A stretch of DNA of 64,000 bases from an uncultured Gemmatimonadales bacterium (GCA_963850905.1 CAWKMU010000003.1:2208001-2272000); one strand, 5' to 3'; positions 8,574 through 20,854 are shown, counted from the first letter of the stretch. Numbers and translations: made by a program. The notes: generated from the letters alone by a model not told the origin.

Positions 8574-10764
8574 CTATCGCATCGCGATGCCGCCAGGCCG
8601 GCCGACGGGCACGATCGGCAATCGCCGGATAGGCGTCCCGGTGGCAGAAAAAATGGCGTTCGCGATCGCCGGCGCAATTGGCGGGACCCCTGGCTCCCCA
8701 ATGCCACCCTGCTTCGCGGTGCTCGGTAGGATGTGCACCTCGATGCGCGGCATCTCGTTCATCCGCAGCACGGGGTAATCATTGAAATTTCCCTGCCGCG
8801 CCCGCCCGCCCTCGATCGTGATCTCCCCATAGAGCGCTGCGCTAAGACCGTAGACGATCCCACCCTGCATCTGGGCCTCGATTGTGTCCGGATTCACCGT
8901 CGGCCCGCAGTCGACTACGCACACCACGCGATGGACGTGCACCTTGCCGTCATCGCTCAGTGTGATGTCCGCCACCTCTGCGACATAAGACCCGAACGCC
9001 TCGGCCACGGCGATCCCGCGATGGTGGCCTTCCGGGAGCGACTTCCCCCAGCCTGCCCGGTCAGCTGCCATTTCAAGCACCGCCAGGTGCCGGGGTTGAT
9101 CGCGCAGCAGGGTACGTCGCAGCTCAAACGGGTCTTTGCCACCTGCCCGCGCCAACTCGTCGAAGAAGCTCTCTGTCACGTAGGCATTGTGAGAGCTGCC
9201 GACCGACCGCCAGTACCCGCACGGGATCGGGAGATCAACCGCCGTTTGCTCGACCAAGATGTTGGGGATTGCGTACGGGACGTTCGCCGCGCCTTCGACC
9301 AGAGAGCCGTCGATCCCATTCTCGAGCGAATGATGCTTCGACAATGAAATTGAAGCGCCCACGATGTGGTGAGTCCACACAACCGGATTCCCGTTCGCGT
9401 CGAGGCCGCCGACAAACCGATTGTATGTCGCCGGACGATAGAAGTCGTGCCGCACATCATCCTCGCGCGTCCAGATGACCTGGACGGGCGCGCCAACCTC
9501 CTTCGACAGTCGGACGGCTTCAGCCGCGAAGTCGGTCTCGCTGCGTCGACCAAAGCCACCACCGAGGTATGTGGTGTGGACACGCACCTTGTCGATCGGC
9601 AGTCCTGACACCTGCGCCGCGATCTGCTGCACGCCCGTCTGTCCTTGCGTCGCGACCCAGACATCGCACCCGTCGCTTCGGACTGAAGCCGTGCAGTTCA
9701 TCGGTTCCATCGGAGCGTGCGCGAGATACGGCACTTCGTAAACGGCTTCGATCTTCTTCGCCACGCCTACCAGCGCTGAGCCCGCATCGCCCTCCGCGCG
9801 GGCGCGCACGCCTGGCTGTCCGGCGAGCGTCGCGAACCTCGCCGTAATGGCCGGTGTGTCGAGCGGGGTTGCGGGGGGCGTCCATTGCACGCCGAGCGTG
9901 CGGCGCGCGGTCACCGCCTGCCAGTAGTGGTCGGCGACAACGGCGACGCTCGCCTCGGTCCGAGCCGCCTTGAGTTCCTCCGGCGACCACTCGAGGCTCA
10001 CGACACGCCGTACGCCTGGCTGGGCCTTGGCGCGCGAGTCGTCGACGTGCTGGACGCCGCCGCCGAAAGCGGGGGACCGTTCGACCGACGCGTAGAGCAT
10101 CCCTGGCACGCGCACATCGATACCGAACTCCGCGCGTCCGTCGACCTTGAGCGGAGTGTCAAATCGCCGCACGCGTGTGCCTAGCACGCGAAAGTCCCTG
10201 GGATCCTTCAATGGCACGTCCGCAGGTACTGGAAGGGATGCCGCGCGGGTGGCCAGCTGGCCGTAGGTCGCTGTCCGTTTGTGAGTTGTGTCGACCACGG
10301 TGCCGCGCTCTGCCCGACACGATTCCAGAGTGACGCCCCACTGCTGTGCCGCGGCCGAAACGAGCATCATTCGCGCTGTCGCTCCGGCTTTCCGCAGGAT
10401 GTCGTACGACGAACGCACGCTGCTGCTGCCACCCGTGCCCATACGCCTGGTCCAGGCAGCCGGGTTGTCGGGTGTTGGTCCGACCTTCACCAGCACAGGG
10501 TCAACCTCCAGTTCCTCCGCGATCAGCATGAGGTACGCCGTGGTGACCCCTTGGCCCATTCTCGGACTTGTCGACCGTCACCGTGACGAGGTTATCGGTG
10601 CCGATGTGTACCCATCCGTTGGGTGCGAGGCCGACATCCGGGGCCTCGTGAGCAAACCGTTGCAACAGGCGAGGGGGCAGGTAAAACGCAATCGTCAGAC
10701 CGGTACCAAGTGCCGTGCTGGCCTTCAGGAAGTCGCGGCGTGAGACGGCAGAGTCAGCCGGCAT
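8574..10764 (-). CDS. Xanthine dehydrogenase family molybdopterin-binding subunit, IorB-like, Tat signal (extra A near 10560)
   Basis: SRRDFLK; KSE-MGQGV split across frames; GGGFGRR, WRSVG, GGIGEPG. Confidence 0.9.
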
Positions 10765-11227
10765 TGGTCACCTCCGTTCCAGCAGCACGGTGGATCGCCA
10801 GGCGGATGCGTTGATAGGTGCCGCACCGACAAATATTGCCGGACATGGCCGCGTCGATATCGGCGTCCGTCGGCCTGGGATTCTTGACGAGGAGCGCGGC
10901 GGCCGACATGAGCTGGCCGGATTGGCAGTAGCCACACTGCGGCACTTCCGCGGCGATCCACGCGGCTTGCAGCCGCCGTCCGACATCGGAGCTCAGCCCC
11001 TCGATCGTCGTGATCTGTTTGCCGACAGCCGCTGCGATCGGCGTGCTGCAGGATCGCACGGGGCGGCCCTCCAGATGCACCGTGCAGGCGCCGCACAACC
11101 CCATGCCACACCCGAACTTCGTGCCGGTGAGATTGAGGTGATCGCGGATGGCCCAGAGGAGAGGGGTATCCGGTGTCGCATCGACGGTTTGTCGATGCCC
11201 GTTGATCAGGAGGACATGGGCGCTCAT
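10754..11227 (-). CDS. (2Fe-2S)-binding small subunit, IorA-like
   Basis: [33 protein letters not shown]. Confidence 0.93.
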   Translation of the reverse strand: MSAHVLLINGHRQTVDATPDTPLLWAIRDHLNLTGTKFGCGMGLCGACTVHLEGRPVRSCSTPIAAAVGKQITTIEGLSSDVGRRLQAAWIAAEVPQCGYCQSGQLMSAAALLVKNPRPTDADIDAAMSGNICRCGTYQRIRLAIHRAAGTEVTNAG

Positions 11228-11429
11228 TGCGACAAGCTCCTGGTATGTATTCTCGTCGTATCGGGCAAGGCTGTCCGACGAATCATAGCAATCCCCCCAG
11301 CGGACCGCGACCTACCCGACGGGCTGCCGCAGCCGCTGCCTGCCCACTCCTGGCGCTGTACCTTTCGCGGGCAGACGGGCGCTGATGCGCCGGGGCAGGG
11401 GAAAGCAGAGAGGAGACAGGAGAGGCAGC

Positions 11430-12218
11430 ATGGCCTATCGGTTTGTGCTCGTCGACATCAGCAGCGACGTCATGACGGTTACGATGAATCGGCCGGAGGT
11501 GCTGAACAGTTGCAATGCCGCGATGGTGAGCGAGCTGCGCGATGCGTTCACGGGGGCCGCGACCGCCCCCTCCGTGCGGGCCGTCGTGCTCACCGGCGCC
11601 GGGCGTGCTTTCTGCGCGGGGCAGGACTTGGGGGAAGCCGTGCCGAGCGACGGGTCACCGGCGCCCGATCTCGGCGCCATCGTCACTGCCTATAACGGCC
11701 TCGTGACCGCCATTCGGCGGTTGGAGAAACCCGTGGTTGCGGCCGTCAACGGGGCGGCTGCCGGCGCCGGCGCGAACATCGCGCTGGCCTGTGACCTTGT
11801 CATTGCCGCGGAGAATGCGTCGTTCATCCAGGCCTTCGTCCGCATCGGGTTGATCCCGGACAACGGCGGAACGTTTGTCCTGCCGCGACTCGTCGGCCTC
11901 GCGCGCGCAACTGCCATGATGATGCTCGGGGAACGGGTGACGGCACAGCAAGCCAAGGACTGGGGAATGATCTATGACGTCGTGCTGCCCGGCGCACTCG
12001 CCGAAGTGGCGGGGGAGCTGGCGCGACGACTCGCGACGCAGCCGACCCGTGCGCTGGGTCTGATCAAGCGCGCGGTCAACGCGTCACTCGCCAACGACCT
12101 CGATGCCCAGCTGGCTCTGGAGGCGACACTGCAGGCCGAGGCCGGGCGCACGGCCGACTATCAGGAAGGGGTTCGAGCGTTTCAGGAGAAGCGCACTCCC
12201 GTCTTCGTAGGGCGATAG
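11430..12218 (+). CDS. paaG: 2-(1,2-epoxy-1,2-dihydrophenyl)acetyl-CoA isomerase (crotonase family)
   Basis: GRAFCAGQDL, AAGAGANIALACD, GLIPDNGG; first gene of the paa operon. Confidence 0.85.
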   Translation: MAYRFVLVDISSDVMTVTMNRPEVLNSCNAAMVSELRDAFTGAATAPSVRAVVLTGAGRAFCAGQDLGEAVPSDGSPAPDLGAIVTAYNGLVTAIRRLEKPVVAAVNGAAAGAGANIALACDLVIAAENASFIQAFVRIGLIPDNGGTFVLPRLVGLARATAMMMLGERVTAQQAKDWGMIYDVVLPGALAEVAGELARRLATQPTRALGLIKRAVNASLANDLDAQLALEATLQAEAGRTADYQEGVRAFQEKRTPVFVGR

Positions 12219-12224
12219 TCGATC

Positions 12225-13412
12225 GTGCGCATTGATGCGAACGTGCCGATCGGCGTGGTTGGCGCAGGCGCGATGGGCAGCGGCATCGCGCAGATCGCCG
12301 CCACGAACGGCCACACCGTGGTCGTCGCAGATGCCGATCCTGTCGCTGGTGCGCGCGGGAAAGGGGCGATTGACGCCGCCATTGCGCGCGACGTCGAAAA
12401 GGGGCGTCTCGACGCAGGCCGCGCACGCGAAATCCTCGATCGGGTGTCCTTCGTCGCCATTCCCTCTACAGACGAGATGACGGCGTTGGCCGCGTGCGGG
12501 TTCGTCATCGAGGCAATTGTCGAGCGCATCGATGCAAAGCGTGACATGTTCGCGCGCCTCGAGAAGGCCGTGGCGTCCGACTGCGTGCTCGCGACGAACA
12601 CCTCATCGCTGCCGATCGCGGGCATCGCCGCGGCATGCAAGCGTGCGGAGCGTGTGCTCGGCGTGCATTTCTTCAATCCCGCGCCGGTGATGCCGCTCGT
12701 GGAGATCATTCCTTGGGTCGGGACATCACAGGCCGTGGCGGACGATGCCCGCGCGGTGGTTGACCGGTGGGGCAAGACGACGGTAATCGCCAGCGACACC
12801 CCCGGATTCATCGTCAACCGTGTGGCGCGGCCGTTCTACGGTGAGGCGCTGCGTCTGCTCGACGAGAGGATCGCGAGCGCCGCTACCATTGATTGGGCCA
12901 TGCGGGAGCTTGGAGGGTTCCGGATGGGTCCGTTCGAGTTGATGGACCTCATCGGGCACGATGTCAATTTTGCGGTGACGAGTTCGGTGTTCGCTGGATT
13001 CTTCTACGATCGGCGCTATACGCCGTCGATCACGCAGCAGCGGCTCGTCGAAGCCGGCATGCTCGGGCGCAAGACCGGCCGGGGGTTCTATGACTACGGG
13101 CCCAACGCCGCCAAGCCCGCCCCGGTGATGGATCGCGCGCTCGGCGCCGAGATTCTCGAGCGTATCCTGGTGATGCTCATCAACGAAGCGGTTGACGCCG
13201 TACACTGGGGAGTCGCCTCCCCCCAGGACATCGATCTGGCGGTCCGGAAGGGAGTAAATTACCCCAAGGGCCTGCTGGCATGGGGCGAAGAGTTGGGCTG
13301 GCCTCGCGTGCTCACGCGACTCACGGCTCTCTACGACGAGTACGGGGAGGATCGATACCGGCCGAGCGTGCTCCTCAAGCGGATAGCGCGAGGGGAGGCG
13401 CAGCCGGCGTGA
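12225..13412 (+). CDS. paaH: 3-hydroxyacyl-CoA (3-hydroxyadipyl-CoA) dehydrogenase
   Basis: GAGAMGSGIA, NTSSL, HFFNPAPVM, PGFIVNR, MGPFELMD; paa context. Confidence 0.85.
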   Translation: MRIDANVPIGVVGAGAMGSGIAQIAATNGHTVVVADADPVAGARGKGAIDAAIARDVEKGRLDAGRAREILDRVSFVAIPSTDEMTALAACGFVIEAIVERIDAKRDMFARLEKAVASDCVLATNTSSLPIAGIAAACKRAERVLGVHFFNPAPVMPLVEIIPWVGTSQAVADDARAVVDRWGKTTVIASDTPGFIVNRVARPFYGEALRLLDERIASAATIDWAMRELGGFRMGPFELMDLIGHDVNFAVTSSVFAGFFYDRRYTPSITQQRLVEAGMLGRKTGRGFYDYGPNAAKPAPVMDRALGAEILERILVMLINEAVDAVHWGVASPQDIDLAVRKGVNYPKGLLAWGEELGWPRVLTRLTALYDEYGEDRYRPSVLLKRIARGEAQPA

Positions 13413-13933
13413 ACGGCAATCGACGACGCGGCGCCGCGCCTCCGGCGGATGCTGCCGACGCGCCTCGGCGACCCGAACGCTCGGACGCAGGTGCAGAGGC
13501 AGCGGAGGAACAGGCGCTGGCGGAGCGTGCGGTGAGTCTCATGCGGGAGCACGACGCCTTCAGCCGGTGGTTGGGTGTCGAGGTCGTGTCACTCGCCCCC
13601 CGGTCGTGTACCGTGCGCGCGACGGTTCGCGAGGACATGCTGAACGGGTTCGGAGTGTGTCACGGAGGGGTGACGTTCGCGCTCGCGGACAGCGCGCTGG
13701 CATTCGCGTCGAATACGCACGGGCGGCTGACGATGAGTGTTGAGAATGGGATTTCGTACGTCGCGCCGGTTCGCCTGCGCGATGTGTTGACGGCGACGGC
13801 TGTCGAAGAGGCGGCCGGTGGGCCGCTGGCGTGCTACCGAGTGACCGTCCGCAATCAGGCGGATCAATCCGTGGCGCTCTTTCGCGGCACGGTGTATCGA
13901 ACGAAACGGGCATTAGCGGATGAGACCAGATGA
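13409..13933 (+). CDS. paaI: Hydroxyphenylacetyl-CoA thioesterase (hotdog fold)
   Basis: MLNGFGVCHGGVTFALADSALAFASN; ALFRGTVYR. Confidence 0.88.
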   Translation: MNGNRRRGAAPPADAADAPRRPERSDAGAEAAEEQALAERAVSLMREHDAFSRWLGVEVVSLAPRSCTVRATVREDMLNGFGVCHGGVTFALADSALAFASNTHGRLTMSVENGISYVAPVRLRDVLTATAVEEAAGGPLACYRVTVRNQADQSVALFRGTVYRTKRALADETR

Positions 13934-15138
13934 GTGACGCGTACATTATCGATGGCGTGAGGACCCCGATCGGCTCCTTTGGCGGAAGCCTGAGCGAGGT
14001 GCGCCCTGACGATATGGCGGCGTTGGTGATCGAGCGACTGCTCGCTCGCCTGCCTCAGGTGGAGCCGTCTCAGATCTCCGACGTCATTTTCGGGTGCGCC
14101 AACCAGGCGGGTGAGGACAACCGCAACGTTGCGCGGATGGCGCTTTTGCTCGCAGGGCTCCCCGCCTCCGTGCCCGGTGAGACGGTCAACCGATTATGCG
14201 CGTCGGGACTCAGTGCCGTCGCTCACGCGGCTCGAGCCGTGCGCTTGGGCGAGGGCGACCTGTATGTCGCTGGCGGCGTCGAGAGCATGACCCGGGCGCC
14301 ATATGTCCTTTCGAAAAGCGGCAAGGCGTTCGCGCGTGATGCGCAGCTCTACGATACCAGCATCGGGTGGCGATTCGTGAATCCCCGGATGCAGCAGCGG
14401 TACGGCACCGATAGCATGGGCGAAACCGCTGAGAATGTGGCCACCGACTTCGGCGTTTCGCGCGAGGACCAGGACCGGTTCGCGTGCGCCACGCAAGCAC
14501 GGGCGGTGGCCGCGCGCGCGCGCGGGCGCTTTGCGGTCGAGATCACACCGGTCGACGTTCCTGGTGAGAAGCGCGGTGAGGTGCGTCGGTTCGATCAGGA
14601 TGAGTTCATTCGCCCCGACACGACGATCGAGAAGCTGAGCAAGCTGAAGCCGGCCTTTCGGTCCGGCGGATCCGTCACCGCGGGTAACTCCTCCGGTATC
14701 AACGATGGAGCCGCTGCGCTCTTGATTGCATCGGAGCACGCCGTCAAGACCTTGGGTCTCGAGCCGATCGCCCGCGTGGCCGCGACCGCGGCTGCGGGTG
14801 TCGAGCCGCGGACGATGGGGATCGGCCCCGTACCCGCGACCCGTCAGGTGCTCGAGCGTGCGAGCCTGTCGCTCGACCAGATCGATGTCATCGAGCTCAA
14901 CGAGGCGTTCGCAGCCCAGGTCCTGGCGTCGTTGCGGAAGCTCGGCCTGGCGGGGGACGATCCCCGCGTGAACCCCAACGGCGGTGCGATCGCCCTCGGC
15001 CATCCGTTGGGTATGTCGGGGGCGCGCCTTGTGCTGTCGGCCGCGCGGGAGCTCGAGGCATCCAACGGGCGCTACGCGCTCGCTACGATGTGCGTCGGAG
15101 TCGGGCAGGGAATGGCCATGGTGATCGAGCGAACCTAA
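13930..15138 (+). CDS. paaJ: 3-oxoadipyl-CoA thiolase (PaaJ/PcaF)
   Basis: [38 protein letters not shown]. Confidence 0.9.
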   Translation: MSDAYIIDGVRTPIGSFGGSLSEVRPDDMAALVIERLLARLPQVEPSQISDVIFGCANQAGEDNRNVARMALLLAGLPASVPGETVNRLCASGLSAVAHAARAVRLGEGDLYVAGGVESMTRAPYVLSKSGKAFARDAQLYDTSIGWRFVNPRMQQRYGTDSMGETAENVATDFGVSREDQDRFACATQARAVAARARGRFAVEITPVDVPGEKRGEVRRFDQDEFIRPDTTIEKLSKLKPAFRSGGSVTAGNSSGINDGAAALLIASEHAVKTLGLEPIARVAATAAAGVEPRTMGIGPVPATRQVLERASLSLDQIDVIELNEAFAAQVLASLRKLGLAGDDPRVNPNGGAIALGHPLGMSGARLVLSAARELEASNGRYALATMCVGVGQGMAMVIERT

Positions 15139-15150
15139 GGGAGACGAGCG

Positions 15151-15753
15151 ACGTTCTACGAATTCGAGGGTACGCGACCTATCGTCCATCCGTCAGCCTT
15201 CGTCCACCCGGCGGCGACCATCGTGGGTGATGTCATCATCGGGCGTGACGTGTACGTCGGCCCCGCGGCAGCCATTCGCGGCGATTGGGGAGCCATCGTG
15301 ATCGAGGATGGCTGCAACGTGCAGGAGACGTGCGTCATTCATTCGTTCCCGGGCGTGACCGTGCACCTGCATCCCGGGGCGCACATCGGGCATGGTGCCG
15401 TCATCCACGGCGCATCGATCGGCTCCAACGTCCTCGTCGGGATGAACGCGGTCGTGATGGATCGCGCCACAATTGGCGCGGGTTCGATCATCGGCGCGCT
15501 CACGTTCGTGCCGGCAGACATGCAGATTCCCGAGCGCAAGGTCGTCGTGGGCAACCCCGCCAGGATCGTCAAAGACGTCAGCGACGAGATGCTGAGCTGG
15601 AAGACCGAGGGAACGCGCCTCTACCAGGAGTTGCCCGGCCGACTGCACGCGGGCCTTCGCGCCTGCGAACCCCTACGAGAACCGCCCGCCGAACGACGCC
15701 AGCAGGCTGCGGTGTACGAAACGTGGCACGAGCGGCGCGGGGACGCGAAGTAA
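15151..15753 (+). CDS. paaY: PaaY-like gamma-carbonic-anhydrase/hexapeptide-repeat protein (apparent ACG start)
   Basis: FYEFEGTRPIVHPSAFVHP...GDVIIG...RGDWG...HIGHGAVIHG; WKTEGTRLYQEL. Confidence 0.82.
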   Translation, partial: TFYEFEGTRPIVHPSAFVHPAATIVGDVIIGRDVYVGPAAAIRGDWGAIVIEDGCNVQETCVIHSFPGVTVHLHPGAHIGHGAVIHGASIGSNVLVGMNAVVMDRATIGAGSIIGALTFVPADMQIPERKVVVGNPARIVKDVSDEMLSWKTEGTRLYQELPGRLHAGLRACEPLREPPAERRQQAAVYETWHERRGDAK

Positions 15754-15804
15754 GGCGCGTGGTGACGCGCGACCAGTGAACAAGACCGACCAGGAGTGCG
15801 TGAC

Positions 15805-17980
15805 ATGCGACTGAAGAACTACGTGCACGGCGATTGGGTGACCACGAGCGGGCGCGGGACGGAGTTGTACAATGCCGTGACCGGCGAACCGATCGCTGAC
15901 GCCAGCACCGAGGGCATCAATTTTCGGGACGTGCTCGCCTACGCGAGAGAGGTTGGCGGACCGAAGCTCCGGGCCATGACCTTCCACCAGCGAGCCAGGA
16001 CGCTGAAGGCACTGGCGCAGTACCTCAATGCCCGTAAGGAACAGTTCTACGAGGTCTCCAAGGCGACAGGCGCGACAAAGGGCGACAGCTGGATCGATAT
16101 TGATGGAGGCATTGGGACTCTGTTCGCGTACGCCAGCCGTGGCCGACGCGAGTTTCCGGACGAGACAGTTCTACGTCGATGGTCCGGTCGAGGCGATTTC
16201 GAAAGGCGGCTCGTTCGTGGGACGCCACATGTGCGTGCCGCTCGAGGGCGCGGCGATTCAGATCAACGCCTTCAACTTCCCGGTGTGGGGGATGCTCGAA
16301 AAGCTGTCGACCGCGCTGCTCGCGGGCGTGCCATCGATCGTGAAGCCGGCGACCGTGACTGCCTTTCTCACGGAGGCAGTCGCGCGCTCGATCGTGGAGT
16401 CGGGCCTGTTGCCGACTGGTGCATTCCAGCTCCTCTGCGGCAGTGCGGGCGATCTGCTGGACCACGTCGGCTGTCAGGACGCGGTGGCGTTCACTGGGTC
16501 GGCCGCGACTGGGCATATGCTCAAGACGGACCGCGCGATGGTCGAGCATTCCGTGCGCTTCAATCAGGAAGCGGATTCGCTCAACTTCTCGATGCTCGGA
16601 CCCGATGCCGCGCCCGGGACCGAGGAATTCGATCTGTTCATCAAGGAAGTCGTGCGGGAGATGACGGTGAAGGCGGGGCAGAAATGCACGGCCATCCGAC
16701 GCACGATCGTGCCGGCGTCAATGGTGGAGGACAGTCGATGGCGGCCCTCAAGAAGCGCCTCGATGGCGTCACGATCGGAGACCCCAGCGTTGACGGCGTC
16801 CGCATGGGACCCCTGGCCGGTCGCACGCAGGTGAAAGAGGTCGGCCCAGAACGTCGATCAGCTGCGACGCGCGACCGAAGTCGTGTACGGCGGGTTCGAG
16901 ACATGAAGGTCGTGGGCGCGGACGCCGAGCGGGGCGCGTTCTTCCCGACCGTGCTGCTCTACGACGAATCGACCCTTCGAGCAGACGGCGCCGCACAGAT
17001 GTCGAAGCGTTCGGTCCGGTGAATACGGTCATGCCCTATGCAATCGATCGACGAGGCCGTGTCGCTCGCCAATCTTGGACGCGGGTCCCTGGTCGGCTCG
17101 CTGTTCACGGCGGATGCACGACGTCGCGCGGAAGGTGACACTGGGGACGGCCGCCTATCACGGGCGTCTCATGATCGTGGATCGCACGAGCGCCAAAGAA
17201 TCGACCGGACACGGGTCGCCGCTTGCCGCATCTCGTGCACGGCGGACCTGGCCGCGCCGGCGGCGGTGAGGAGATGGGTGGCGTGCGAGGCGTGCTCCAC
17301 TACATGCAGCGCACGGCGCTGCAGGGCTCACCGACCGTGATCGCCGCGATCACGAAGGAGTGGATCCCCAAGGCGGCGGAGCGCCACGATCGCATCCATC
17401 CGTTCCGGAAGTATTTCGACGAGCTCGAGATCGGCGAGACGCTGCACACGCATCGGTCGGACGGTGACCGAGAGCGACATCGTCGAGCTTCGCTGGGATC
17501 AGCGGTGACTTCTTCTACGCCCACACGGACGACGTCGCGGCCAAGGACTCGATCTTCGAGCGACGCGTCGCGCACGGATACTTCGTGCTGTCGGCGGCGG
17601 CCGGACTGTTCGTCGATCCTGCGCCGGGCCCGGTGCTCGCGAACTACGGACTCGAGAATCTCCGGTTCGTCAAGCCGGTCTACATTGGCGACACGATACG
17701 GGTGCGCCTCACGTGCAAGCAGAAGACGGCCAAAGAGGATCGGGAGGGTCAGATCCCGCAGGGCGTCGTCGCGTGGGATGTCGAAGTCACCAACCAGCGC
17801 GACGAGCCGGTGGCGGTCTACACGATTCTCACCCTCGTTCGGCGGCGATCCGGTGCGGAAGCACCGGAGACGAGGCCCGAGCTGGAGCGGGCGTTGCGCG
17901 GCGAGGCACCGGCGGCCCTCACGGCGCCGGCCGTGATGCAGCAGACGCAGCCTGGGGATTCGCCTGCACGCGTGGCTTAG
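15805..17980 (+). CDS. paaZ: Bifunctional aldehyde dehydrogenase / oxepin-CoA hydrolase, broken by several indels
   Basis: Fragments in different frames: [75 protein letters not shown]. Confidence 0.88.
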
Positions 17981-18147
17981 GGACGGCCCAGGCGCGGTCT
18001 GCTGCTACCGGGGCGTACAGCGGGGTGTACAGTCTGGGCTCGTACGGGGCAGACCGGTAGATTTCGCACAGTCGGCCGTTGCCGGGCTCGACGGCCGCGG
18101 ATACGGGCACTGGATGCCGGTCGTCGACACGATACGAGGGACGCACG

Positions 18148-19102
18148 ATGTCGGAACCTGAAGCTGGCGCGAAAGAGTTCGAGGCCCGGATCGCCGCGGG
18201 CGAGACGATCGAGCCCAAGGATTGGATGCCGGAGCGATACCGGAAGCAGCTGATCCGGATGATGTCGCAGCACGCGCACTCCGAGGTCGTCGGGTATGCT
18301 CCCCGAGGGGAACTGGATCACCCGGGCACCTACCCTCCGCCGCAAGATGGGCTTGCTGGCCAAAGTGCAGGATGAGGCCGGCCACGGACTCTACATCTAT
18401 TGTGGCACCGAGACGCTGGGGGTCGGGCGCGACGAAGCTGATCGATCAGCTGCTGACTGGCAAGGCGAAGTACTCCAGCATCTTCAACTATCCGACGCTG
18501 ACCTGGGCCGACATCGGCGCGATCGGGTGGTTCGTGGATGGCGCCGCGATCGTGAACCAGACCATGCTGGCGAAGGCGTCGTACGGACCCTACGCGCGAG
18601 CGATGGTGCGCATCTGCAAGGAGGAGAATTTTCACAAGCGGCAGGGGTACGAGATCATGATGACGCTGGCGGCGGGCACGCCCGGGCAGCGTCGCATGGC
18701 GCAGGACGCCGTCGAACCGCTGGTGGTGGCCGTCGCTGATGATGTTTGGCCCTCGGACAAGGACTCGCCGAACTCAGCGGAGCTGACCCGGTGGGGCGTG
18801 AAGCGGAAGAGCAACGACGAGCTGCGGCAGCGCTTCGTGAATCTGACGGTCGCGCAGGCGAAGGCGATCGACCTCATCTCTACCCGATCCCGCGCTCCGC
18901 TACGATGAGACGTCGGGCGACTGGCTGATCGGCCCGATCGACTGGGACCGAGTTCGATCGTGTCATTCATGGCGAGGGACCGCTCAATCGCGAGCGCCTC
19001 GCGGCACGCAACGCGGCGCATCGCGAAGGCGCCTGGGTCCGTGCGGCTGCGGAAGCGTATGCAGCCAAGCACGCCGCGGACGCCGCCAGTGCGGCCGCGT
19101 AA
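18148..19102 (+). CDS. paaA: 1,2-phenylacetyl-CoA epoxidase subunit A, broken by several indels
   Basis: [51 protein letters not shown]. Confidence 0.9.
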
Positions 19103-19144
19103 TCCCGCGGGATCGTGGCGCGACCAGATGACCGGGATGTCCCG

Positions 19145-19477
19145 ATGACCGCCCAGACACCAACCGCGGACCTCGCGCGCGCCACAAGCGGCGACGCCGG
19201 GCAGTGGCCCTTGTGGGAGGTGTTTTTGCAGCCACCCAAGGGGGCACCGTTCGAGCATGCAGGCAGCGTGCACGCGGTGGATGCGGAAAGCGCACTCCAA
19301 AACGCGCGCGATGTCTATGCGCGACGCGGAGAGGCGGTCAACATTTGGGTCGTACCGACTGCCGCGATCACCGCGTCTACACCCGAGGACGTGGGACCGT
19401 TCTTCGATCCCGGAAACGACAAGCCCTACCGGCATCCGCAGTTCTACTCGGCGCCGCGCGGCGTTCGCGTCTTCTGA
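19145..19477 (+). CDS. paaB: 1,2-phenylacetyl-CoA epoxidase subunit B
   Basis: WPLWEVF, HAGSVHA, NARDVYARR, DKPYRHPQFY. Confidence 0.92.
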   Translation: MTAQTPTADLARATSGDAGQWPLWEVFLQPPKGAPFEHAGSVHAVDAESALQNARDVYARRGEAVNIWVVPTAAITASTPEDVGPFFDPGNDKPYRHPQFYSAPRGVRVF

Positions 19478-19503
19478 CCCGGGCGCCGCTCTCGCCGTCC
19501 CCG

Positions 19504-20300
19504 GTGGTGCCTGCCCCGCGACCCACTGCGGAGTTGGAATCACCCACGAAGCAGGCCTTCGTCGAGTACCTCCTGCGGCTCGGGGACGACCGGTTGGTGC
19601 TGGGCCACCGGCTCTCGGAGTGGTGCGGGCACGCGCCCATTCTCGAAGAGGACATCGCGCTCGCCAACATCGCACTCGATCTTGATCGGGCAGGCGACCG
19701 CGATGCTCGAGCTGGCGGCGCAAATCGAAGGCGCTGGGCGCGACGCCGACGCACTGGCTTATCTGCGCGAGGCGATCGACTACCGCAACGTGCTTCTCGT
19801 CGAGCTGCCGCGTGGAGATTTCGCCTTCACGATGTGCGGCAGTTCCTGTTCAGCGTCGCGGCGTACTACCAGCTCGAAGGCCTCACCACGAGCCGCGATG
19901 CGACCTTGGCGGGCATTGCGGCAAAAGCGCTCAAGGAGACACGGTACCACGTCCGTCATGCGGGCGAGTGGGTGATCAAGCTGGGCGATGGCACCGAGGA
20001 GAGCCATGCGCGTGCACAGGCCGCACTGGACGCGCTCTGGCGGTTCACGGGTGAGCTGTTTCTCATGGACGACGTCGACGAGCGACTCGTGGCCGCCGGT
20101 CTCGCGGTGGATTTCAGCGCGCTCGAACGCTCGTGGCGCATGCAGGTCGGTGAGATCATCGACCGCGCGACGCTGACGATCCCGAGCACGCCGTACATGC
20201 AGCGCGGTGGGCGCGCTGGCCGGCACACCGAACATCTCGGTCATCATGCTTGAGCGAGATGCAAATCCTTCAGCGTTCGTATCCGGGAGCGAAATGGTGA
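19504..20300 (+). CDS. paaC: 1,2-phenylacetyl-CoA epoxidase subunit C, with indels (start uncertain)
   Basis: LGHRLSEWCGHAPILEEDIA, AKALKETRYH, LGDGTEES, HTEHLG, LQRSYPGAKW. Confidence 0.88.
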
Positions 20301-20334
20301 GCCACGACGTGGGGCATCAGTTCGGTGAGCCCGG

Positions 20335-20854
20335 ATGACGGCCTCGGCGCGCTCGACACCCGAGACGACGGCCGTGTGGGCGGTGCTCGACCGGGTGATG
20401 GATCCCGAAGTCCCTGTGTTGAGCGTGGTTGAGCTCGGCATCGTGCGGGATGTGGAGATCGGGCCGGACCGGACGGTCACCGTGTGTGTCACGCCGACCT
20501 ACTCCGGCTGCCCCGCGATGCGGGTAATCGAGCAAGACATCGTGTCGGCGCTCGCGGCCGCCGGTTGGGCGCGACGCCCGAATCCGGACTGTGTACGCGC
20601 CCGCGTGGACGACCGACTGGATGACCGAGGAAGCGCGCACAAAGCTCAGAGAGTACGGCATCGCGCCGCCGCCAGCTCGTCACGACGAGACCACGGAGTT
20701 GGTGCCGCTGCGGCGCACTCAGCGGCGCGTCCCATGTCCGTATTGCGGGTCTACCGCGACCACGAGCCGCAGCGAGTTCGGGTCGACTGCGTGCAAGGCA
20801 CTGATGTATTGCGACGAGTGCCGACAACCGTTCGAGTTGTTCAAAGCCCTGTGA
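20335..20854 (+). CDS. paaD: 1,2-phenylacetyl-CoA epoxidase subunit D (indel near 20580)
   Basis: DPEVPVLSVVELG, TPTYSGCPA, PAWTTDWM, CPYCGS, FGSTACKA, CRQPFELFK. Confidence 0.88.

Noticed and set aside
10550..10570. Programmed frameshift in iorB (also EVE, paaK, GMC, isomerase)
   Set aside because: No slippery heptamer; each is a single extra or missing base in a conserved region, as expected from sequencing error.
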